From: a virus
Lineage: Duplodnaviria; Caudoviricetes
IMG/VR virus record: IMGVR_UViG_3300022198_002878
Location: 1-24,351 of that record
Strand: one strand, 5' to 3'
DNA: 24,351 nt
Numbering within the stretch: position 1 is the stretch's first letter; every line of letters starts with the position of its first letter. Under the pieces are notes generated by a model, which saw nothing but the letters and a program-made list of their open reading frames with translations, did not search any database and was not told the origin of the DNA. Positions 7,529 through 14,500 of the stretch are shown here, one piece after another. Made by a program: the position numbers and the translations under genes.

Positions 7529-7652
7529 TTTCTTCCTCCTTATCTTCTTCGCAATCTTGATGCTCGTGCTGATATTCGCGGTCGTACCAGCACTTACAAC
7601 CATCGCACCACATTTCTAAATCGTAGCTCGCCCATCCTAAGAACTCGCCCAT
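7518..7652 (-). CDS. Small Cys/His-rich acidic protein, possible Zn finger (44 aa; not in the ORF track)
   Basis: MGEFLGWASYDLEMWCDGCKCWYDREYQHEHQDCEEDKEEENED*; it fills the gap between its neighbours with short overlaps. Confidence 0.55.
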   Translation of the reverse strand: MGEFLGWASYDLEMWCDGCKCWYDREYQHEHQDCEEDKEEENED

Positions 7653-7930
7653 TCATCTTCCTCCATCTTCTTTAATTTCTGTCTGCCCTCCCACTCCTCG
7701 CTTGGGAGCATTCGAGGGATATTTGTTCTGTATTTCCTGCCCTTCGAGTCATACGCCAACTGGCACTTGCTGAATGCCCTGTGCATACCCTCAACAGCTT
7801 CCTCTCGTGTTAGGTAAGGAGTTTGAATTTGCTTTCTCTCCAAACTACCTTCCCGCCAGCAACGAGGGCCAAAGACATTCCGCTCTAACTTCTCGGATCG
7901 TAGTTCTTCAGGCTCCGCCATATTTCGCAT
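7637..7930 (-). CDS. Hypothetical protein
   Basis: 97-aa ORF on the operon strand, overlapping both neighbours; no motif recognised. Confidence 0.55.
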   Translation of the reverse strand: MRNMAEPEELRSEKLERNVFGPRCWREGSLERKQIQTPYLTREEAVEGMHRAFSKCQLAYDSKGRKYRTNIPRMLPSEEWEGRQKLKKMEEDEWASS

Positions 7931-8694
7931 ACTCCCTTAAATACCTTCCACGCATCCCGAAGCTCATCGGGTGAATATTTGATCACCTCAAAGCGACCTG
8001 GTTCAGTCGAGGATAGGTAGCAGTTAGCACCGTATATACCTTCACTCATCATCCGATCCTCGCCAAAGTAGGTCGCCCCGTAGGCGGCAATCTGATGAAT
8101 CTGAAAATCGTAACTGGTTACCTTTACTCCCTTCTTCGTCTTCCTTGTCTTCCAATCGACTATAAAGTTCTGCCCCTCGGGACCCTTCCCTACGATATCC
8201 ACCGTTCCCGCGAACCCATGCTGGAGATTCACGAGAAGTTTCTCCCGCTCGATGAATCGTAATTGATTCTCCTGCTTCCAATCGAACGCTGGCTGTACAT
8301 ACTCCAGTAAATCATCGTCCACAGGAAACCCCTCGAAATACTTCTCGATTGCATCGTGGATTCTTGTACCGAAGTCGGCCGCTTCTTCTACAGGTCTTTC
8401 ATGCTCTAGCAAGCATCGGTCTGCAAAGTGTTCAAAACTTTCGTCCATTTTAGCAGGGTTGTCGTAAGCTATCCGCAAAAGCTGATCCTGTTTCCAACGA
8501 TCAAGCCCAGGCTTCGCAAACAGCCCAAGTATACCGGTGACGCTGGGAAAGAGTTTATGCTTCTTGGCATCCCTCAAGGTAGTATTCCTTTCCCCGTCAC
8601 CTTTTGCCAAGGGCATGGTATGGCGAGGTTCTCCTGTAGCGGTGTACCAATGGCCACCACTTCCCCTCTTCGGTTTAGCGCTTAAAATAGCCAT
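7885..8694 (-). CDS. PD-(D/E)XK exonuclease (phage recombination-associated)
   Basis: GHWY, PSVTGIL, GTRIHDAIE, E...FAGTVD...IVDWKT, QIAAY. A GGAGG-type RBS (aaggaggg) lies upstream. Confidence 0.85.
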   Translation of the reverse strand: MAILSAKPKRGSGGHWYTATGEPRHTMPLAKGDGERNTTLRDAKKHKLFPSVTGILGLFAKPGLDRWKQDQLLRIAYDNPAKMDESFEHFADRCLLEHERPVEEAADFGTRIHDAIEKYFEGFPVDDDLLEYVQPAFDWKQENQLRFIEREKLLVNLQHGFAGTVDIVGKGPEGQNFIVDWKTRKTKKGVKVTSYDFQIHQIAAYGATYFGEDRMMSEGIYGANCYLSSTEPGRFEVIKYSPDELRDAWKVFKGVCEIWRSLKNYDPRS

Positions 8695-8761
8695 TGATTC
8701 CCTCCTTAATTACTACCCATAGAAACCATGCAAAATGAAAGGCTCGCTTTAAATATTTCAT
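8675..8761 (-). CDS. Putative 28-aa hydrophobic peptide
   Basis: MKYLKRAFHFAWFLWVVIKEGINGYFKR*. The start is coupled by ATGA overlap to the DnaA-IV gene stop. Confidence 0.4.
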   Translation of the reverse strand: MKYLKRAFHFAWFLWVVIKEGINGYFKR

Positions 8762-9072
8762 GCTTCTACCTCCTCGCCCTTTAGCCAAGGAAACTCTGTC
8801 TCTAAACCATCAAGCATGGCCTTTACCTCGACATCATATACCCGACCATCTTCCACCGCTTTTACTGCGTGGATCATGTTCGCATGGTTACGATTAAACT
8901 TCTCGCCCAAGTCCATATACTTCATGCCGAGCAGTTTCCTCGCATAGTAGTATACACATTGACGGGCTAGTGCGATTGGCTGTTTTCTGACTCGGCCATC
9001 AATATCATCAATCGATACCTCAAAGCCCTCGGCTACAGCCTTCTTAATTTTAGGAATAGTCGGCATATTCAT
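8758..9072 (-). CDS. Stand-alone DnaA C-terminal (domain IV)-like DNA-binding protein
   Basis: IKKAVAEGFEVSIDDIDGRVRKQPIALARQCVYYYARKLLGMKYMDLGEKFNRNHANMIHAV aligns by eye with DnaA domain IV (R...ARQ.AMYL...IG..F.RDHTTV.HA). No AAA+ domain is present. Confidence 0.85.
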   Translation of the reverse strand: MNMPTIPKIKKAVAEGFEVSIDDIDGRVRKQPIALARQCVYYYARKLLGMKYMDLGEKFNRNHANMIHAVKAVEDGRVYDVEVKAMLDGLETEFPWLKGEEVEA

Positions 9073-9146
9073 AGCAAAAACATATCAGCGATTACTCCGA
9101 GAACTCCGACCATCAGGAACAAAGCGGGATTAAAAAAGTATTCCAT
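9069..9146 (-). CDS. Putative 25-aa membrane peptide
   Basis: MEYFFNPALFLMVGVLGVIADMFLL*; aagga upstream; ATGA overlap with the next gene. Confidence 0.45.
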   Translation of the reverse strand: MEYFFNPALFLMVGVLGVIADMFLL

Positions 9147-9157
9147 AATTGATCCTT

Positions 9158-9382
9158 TCATGCAGGTAAGCTCCTTATGTAATCGATTAAAGACTGAACA
9201 CATATCAATCGTACTCCTTTTTTCTTCCCACTAGCTTTCATCGAGTGGCTTTTAACAGGTGGGTTGAAATCGTTTTCCTTGCATGGAAGTACAAGTAAAT
9301 TAATGCCACTTCTACTTAAGCCCGTGATCGGGCATTGACTACCTTGCTTAGGTAATCGCATAAACTCTTTTTTATATTCCAT
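9158..9382 (-). CDS. AlpA/excisionase-like winged-HTH protein (74 aa from MEYKKEF)
   Basis: EFMRLPKQGSQCPITGLSRS...PPVKS...KGVRLICVQSLIDYI resembles an AlpA-like family I recall from Verrucomicrobia mobile elements. The ORF-track start at 9454 runs through an intergenic hairpin. Confidence 0.7.
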   Translation of the reverse strand: MEYKKEFMRLPKQGSQCPITGLSRSGINLLVLPCKENDFNPPVKSHSMKASGKKKGVRLICVQSLIDYIRSLPA

Positions 9383-9413
9383 ATTTTTATTTAGTAGTTG
9401 TTTGGGGTAAGAA

Positions 9414-9451
9414 GCGGGTGACCGATGCATTGACCAAAACCGGCCACCCGC
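9414..9451 (-). terminator. GC-rich hairpin downstream of the SSB-like gene (terminator or processing site)
   Basis: Minus strand gcgggtggccg-N16-cggtcacccgc followed by ttctt: an 11-bp stem with one G-U pair and a weak U tract. Confidence 0.5.
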
Positions 9452-9475
9452 CATGTGTGGATGTGGTAGGCTCGC

Positions 9476-10087
9476 TCAGAACGGCGCAGGAGCCGGAGCG
9501 GAAAACATTTGTGCCTGTGCAGGCTGTGCAACTGGCGTAGGTTGAGGTTGTGCGACAGGTGCAGGCTGTGCCATCTGTGGCTGTTCCACAGTTACCTGTG
9601 TATTCACCTGTGGCGCAGGCGCGGAAGCACCGCCTGGTATGTTAAACTGGCTAGGCTGTGGAACCTGTGCTTCCATGCCTGCCATCACAGGAGTGATCGA
9701 AGTAATATCACAATAAACTGTGCCTTTTTGTGAAGTTTTCTGAATGATATTAATCATGCACCCCTTGCCTCGAAGTGTCTCAGTATCGAAACCAGCACCT
9801 GGGTTGCTACCGAGCCATGAGGTAAGCACACCTACGAGTTTGCTCTTCTCATGGGCAGAAATTTTCATCTCTCCGGTCTGTACCATCTGCCCATCCTGAG
9901 TACCGAAAAGAAATCGGCAGACATCCAGGGTTTCAATTTGTGAAGGGTCTTCATATTTCGGGCGTTGGATACCGAATGAATCCTTAACATCCAAGCATAC
10001 TGCGAGGTACTGCCCTGCGTTAATTGGTTGAAGAGGCCAACCTGTGATTGGTCCATCTCCATTTGATGATTGTTGTAATATTGCCAT
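9476..10087 (-). CDS. Putative ssDNA-binding/replication protein (NGO0469/DUF669-like OB fold)
   Basis: PINAGQYLAVC..., SAHEKSKL...SWLG, FDTETLRGKGCMINI...YCDITSI, followed by a long P/Q/A disordered tail ending in PF. It sits among recombination genes. Confidence 0.65.
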   Translation of the reverse strand: MAILQQSSNGDGPITGWPLQPINAGQYLAVCLDVKDSFGIQRPKYEDPSQIETLDVCRFLFGTQDGQMVQTGEMKISAHEKSKLVGVLTSWLGSNPGAGFDTETLRGKGCMINIIQKTSQKGTVYCDITSITPVMAGMEAQVPQPSQFNIPGGASAPAPQVNTQVTVEQPQMAQPAPVAQPQPTPVAQPAQAQMFSAPAPAPF

Positions 10088-10125
10088 GTGTTTTTTTGCC
10101 TGTTTTAACGAGTCGGCCTCTCGGT

Positions 10126-10581
10126 TTAGTGATTAATGTCATAATTAAGAATCAGTAAGGCATCCGCTGTTTTGAGCGTTAGCCCTTTTACGCTTGGGTA
10201 AAGTCGCTTGGCGTGGTTCATCAGTACTTTCTTACGCTTATCTCCTGACAATCCTTTCAGCCCACTTAGCCCCTTCTGCCATTCCTGTGGGCGGACGAGT
10301 TTATAAGGGATCTCTCCCATCCGAAGGACACCTTCTAAATAGCCACATGATTTTCCAAGTTTGAAGCTCGTGGAACTAGGAATCATTTTGCCGGCAAACG
10401 GAGGGACCAGTTCAACCACAGCTTCGATGGATGTTACATCGGGGTGGTCCTTGAGGTCTTGTAGGTGTTCCACAAACTCGAAGTCCTCACCGAGGTTATG
10501 CAGATGAATATTGCGTAAACTTCCCCAAGCGATTGCGTAACCGCCTGACTTGCCTGGATCGATAGCGATGGTTAGCTTCAT
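10126..10581 (-). CDS. RuvC-like Holliday junction resolvase
   Basis: IAIDPGKSGG, VVELV, SSFKLG, VRPQEWQK, ADALLI. The start MKLTIAID overlaps the upstream stop (TAATG). Confidence 0.85.
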   Translation of the reverse strand: MKLTIAIDPGKSGGYAIAWGSLRNIHLHNLGEDFEFVEHLQDLKDHPDVTSIEAVVELVPPFAGKMIPSSTSFKLGKSCGYLEGVLRMGEIPYKLVRPQEWQKGLSGLKGLSGDKRKKVLMNHAKRLYPSVKGLTLKTADALLILNYDINH

Positions 10582-10775
10582 TATTTCGCCTCCTCTAAAA
10601 TCTGAGACAAAGTCCACTCGATATCGGAGCGGATAAATTTATTCCCTAGCTTTCTCCAGCCGTACTTTTTACGCCAATCTATTAACTGGCGCTCGGTCAG
10701 CCGAAATATCTCCTTTACCTCGGATCGAGTAAGGAGTAAGGGGTGATATTGTTTGAGTAGTTTTTCTGTTTCCAT
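10581..10775 (-). CDS. Excisionase/MerR-like HTH protein
   Basis: LLTRSEVKEIFRLTERQLIDWRK...KFIRSDI follows the HTH_17-type pattern. Confidence 0.7.
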   Translation of the reverse strand: METEKLLKQYHPLLLTRSEVKEIFRLTERQLIDWRKKYGWRKLGNKFIRSDIEWTLSQILEEAK

Positions 10776-10939
10776 GCGGTGAATAAATCACCAGCAGGAA
10801 AAAAAACTGTTATTTAGCTAACTGCTTTTGTCGCACTAGGAGCGTAATACATATTGTGCGAACTCAATTTAGTTCCCGCCGGTGGGTTAATGTCTAATTT
10901 TGAAAGATCGAGTGTGTCCCATGCCTGAGTCACAATTCG

Positions 10940-10968
10940 CATAATTAGCATAAAACTTATTCTGTCAA
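10940..10968 (-). promoter_or_regulatory. Possible sigma70-type promoter for the early/replication operon
   Basis: Perfect TTGACA at 10968-10963 on the minus strand, in an AT-rich intergenic gap; the -10 match is poor. Confidence 0.35.
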
Positions 10969-11007
10969 CATTCATGTGATAAAAAGTTCAAAAAAATACA
11001 TATCCCA

Positions 11008-11415
11008 CTATTTACTTTGAGTTCCTGCATCTTTTTTACGCTTCTTCTCAATGCCTTTATATCGGAGTAACCTGTAGTAATTAGAATCTCCACGCACTTT
11101 TTTCTTACCTTTTCCCGAAGCTCCACCAATCGCTCCCAACAGCCTAGCGGCCTCTTTAACTCTGTCTGCGCGGTCATAGACCTTGCATAGGATTGGCTTT
11201 CCACAGACGCTAATAATTTTACCATGCCACTCATTCTGACTGACTTGATCTAAATGATCGAGATTCAAGTTTGCCCATAGATACCAGGTTCTCCGAATGG
11301 CATCAGGCGCTCTTTGCTTCAAATGGTCCCAATCTCGTGCAAAACACTTACGAGTCTTGCCACTATAAGATAAAACACAGGCAAACTTATTTTGTTTATT
11401 AATTTTTCTATTCAT
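11008..11415 (-). CDS. Basic hypothetical protein with a KGG-like C-terminal motif
   Basis: 135 aa; AARLLGAIGGASGKGKKKVRGDSNYYR resembles the A..LG..GG...K motif of small phage DNA-binding proteins. Confidence 0.6.
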   Translation of the reverse strand: MNRKINKQNKFACVLSYSGKTRKCFARDWDHLKQRAPDAIRRTWYLWANLNLDHLDQVSQNEWHGKIISVCGKPILCKVYDRADRVKEAARLLGAIGGASGKGKKKVRGDSNYYRLLRYKGIEKKRKKDAGTQSK

Positions 11416-11472
11416 TATGGCTACTGCTTGCCTTAAAATCTATGAGATTTTCTACAACATAGCAACATTTAC

Positions 11473-11496
11473 CTACGGAAAACTACGGAAATCTAC
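11473..11496. repeat. Tandem 10-bp-phased repeats (ctacggaaa x2 plus ctac)
   Basis: ctacggaaaa ctacggaaat ctac at 11473, 11483 and 11493, in the gap between the structural and early modules. Confidence 0.75.
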
Positions 11497-11548
11497 ATAG
11501 TTCAACGCAAGGGGTTGTGCGGAGAAATTTCGGAATGTAAGACCGATA

Positions 11549-14500
11549 TTAGCGGAATCGCTCGGCAGATTTAGCACCTGCACTTACCGCAGGTAGCATG
11601 AACCTATTACCAGGCATAGCTGGTGCTTGGCGGGTAATGCGATTGGCGGGTTGGCGGGTTGGCGCTTTGGGGTCTGAAGGCATATAGTTTATATTCCTCT
11701 CCCCCGCATCGAAAGTCCCTCGGTTGCCGGTGGCCGATTTGATTTGTTCGGGGGAGAAGGCGATGTAATGGTCATTTCCTTGGTGACGGGTTTCTTCCTT
11801 TAAAATTACACCATCAATACCAATCTCGGTCATGGCTTTCATGTAAGACTTATTATCACCACCAAATACATCGTACCAAACTGTTTGAAAGGCTTCGTGT
11901 GCAGTATCATAGTTGCGAACTGCATTAACTTGTGAAGATACAGCAGAATAAGGTTCCTCAGACCAATTTGATAAACCACTTTCCCAAAATAAATCCTCAT
12001 TATCTTCAAACTTTTGATACAAATCTTCAATAGATTTTGAATCATTAGCTTTAGCAATTAACGCCTCAACTGTTTCAACCGAAGGGATTGGTGTAGATTC
12101 ATCAATTGGGTTTTTTAAACTTAAATAAGTTTCATATACTGTGCCGTCCTCACCCCTTTTGTACCTAGATGCCTCACTTCGATCATTTGTAAAATAAAAA
12201 CCAGCACCTTCTACATCGTGACCCTCGCCTAATTTATTAGGATCGAAAAAGTTCCCTTCTAACTTACCAGGTGTCCCATGATAAACCACCAACGGCTCGC
12301 CGTTCTCATCGACTACCTTGGACTTGCCGAACCACTTCTTAAAGTATGGCGAATCCGTACCCTTCTCATTCCATAGCTTTGCGGCCTCGGCTTGCTTCCC
12401 CTTCCCCGCACCCGCTTCGGAGGCTGGCATGAAGAGTTTGTCGGTAATCTGCACATCGGCTTCATCGAAGATTACATAATTGTAATCGCCCTCGCCTTTG
12501 GATCGGGATGAACCATCTAAATATTTGATGCCTGGTATGCCGGCTTCTTTTAGGGCGGCGGATGCGGCGGCATCAGGTTTCCCTAAAGACTTGGTTTGCT
12601 TAGATGATTGGTCCGAAACTAACTTTTGATAAATATTTTTACCGAGGAGTGAAACTTCACCTGATAAAACAACTTGAGCCATCCCTACATCGGATTGTTT
12701 TCCCAAGTCGGAAATAATTTGGTTTGCAGTTTTTTTGCCGACTAAATCAACTAAACTATTTTTCGTAATACCAGGTAAAGAAAGTCCTGTTTCTCCACCT
12801 TGCACTTCAAAATGAAATTTATCTCGCGCATCCGAATCATAAATGACTATAAATTCTTCTTCTTGCTTAACTGGGATATTTTTCTCCTTTGCCACTTTCT
12901 CAACCTTCTCCCTCACCCCCTTGGGTTGCTCGGACAGAGGCTTATCCCATAGCAGATACTCGTTCTCCTTCGGGGCGAGTTCGACTTTGTAGAGGGAGCC
13001 TTTGGCGAGTTCAACATCTCCGCTTTTAACAAGTGAAACTGCTTTTTTAATGTGGGAAACTTCAGTCGGTGAATATTCGTATTCACCCGAAGTTGCTTGA
13101 GTTTCTAATGTCTCAAGATCTTTAAGAAACTCGGCATTGTTCTTAGACATTATAGCCGCATCATCTAATATGAAACCAACTTCCTGATCGAAACTTTCAA
13201 TACCTGGTTTCTCTTTCCATTTATTCGGATTTTCTATTCGTGCCAATGTCTTCCGATAATGCTCCGCCACATCTTGTTTCCCCGCAAAGTAAAGCCCATG
13301 CCCATAGGCCTGTGCGCCCTCGCCCGTACCGATTGCCGATGTTCTGAACTTGCCTAAGGGCGCGCCAGGCTCGGGGGCAAAGGTGTGCGGTGTGCCGTGG
13401 TAGGCGGCCGGCATATACCTAATGTCTTTATTTTCAAAACTACTAAATTTTGAGGTGGCAGTTGGATACCCAAATAGTCCGCTTACTTTTCCAAATGGCC
13501 GATCTTTAGAAAAGAATTTAGTTTCTGCCGATTGATCCTCAATTAATTTTAATCGTTTGGAATCAAATATTGTTACCAGTTCATTGCCAGCTGAATCTGT
13601 TGATTTATACCCATGCCAGCCCCGTTTTTTAATCTCCGGCTCATACGCAAAAAGCGATTCACTATCTACTGGCAATCTTTCACCACTAGGAAGAGTAATA
13701 GATTCTCTGTGACTTGGATTATTTGGATCAAAAATATATTTAGCATTCGATGCCAAAACCAAAGGTTTTAAATTTGGGTTTTCTGCTTTTTGTTTTTGGT
13801 TGGCGACCAATCGGTTTGTTGTGACTGTGATGGGTGAAGTTTCTGACCATCTATGGGTGTCTTTTTTAGTCACCGTGTCCGACATTATTGAGGAGGCATC
13901 AAGAACTTTATCATATGTCCCAATAGGTGATCCTAATTCGCCAAAGTAGTATAGCGGGATAGGTTTGTAGTTTTGATTTTTTATAGTCGCAAATACAGGT
14001 GCTTCATTTTCTTCACCTCGCATAAAATGTTGGAAGTATGGAGACTCAAAATTCTTCTCTCTCCAAAGTTTTCGAGCTTGTTTAATTTGCTCCCCTTCTG
14101 TTTTGTATGCTTGCTTTAATTTAAATCCATATTTTTGAGCTTTTTGTTGCTCCCTTGGCATATACCTTCTGCCTGTATTTTTTGACCTAAATCGGCGTTG
14201 TGCTTTCTGCATTTCTAGCCTCAAAGTTTTAGTGTCTAATCCTAACAATGGGGCTTGGTAAAAAGCAGTCGATGCGTCATTGGATGAATCGCCTGTATCG
14301 ATTAAAACATCGGCGACTTCGCGGTAAACATTTTTACCCTTTGGATCAATTTTGAACAGCCTCCAAAAGTTGGGTTGGGATTGCTCGGTCTTAGCTAAAA
14401 AATCCAACTCCATTTGAGGCATGAATTTTCTATCTCCAAGAATTTCTTGCTCGGCAATTTGTTGGCGCTTTTGAACTGCTTCACGATAGGCTTGCGCATC

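Noticed and set aside
7885-8694. Cas4 / CRISPR adaptation gene
   Set aside because: It lacks the four-Cys Fe-S cluster pattern, and the context fits a phage recombination exonuclease.
10778-10792. GGTGA-N5-TCACC palindrome beside the HTH start codon as an operator
   Set aside because: Only 5-bp arms, and I noticed no second copy; too weak to call.
11628-11664. ttggcggg 8-mer tandem as a slippage or phase-variation site
   Set aside because: Under three tandem units in a low-complexity C-terminal tail; the frame is intact and there is no evidence of variation.
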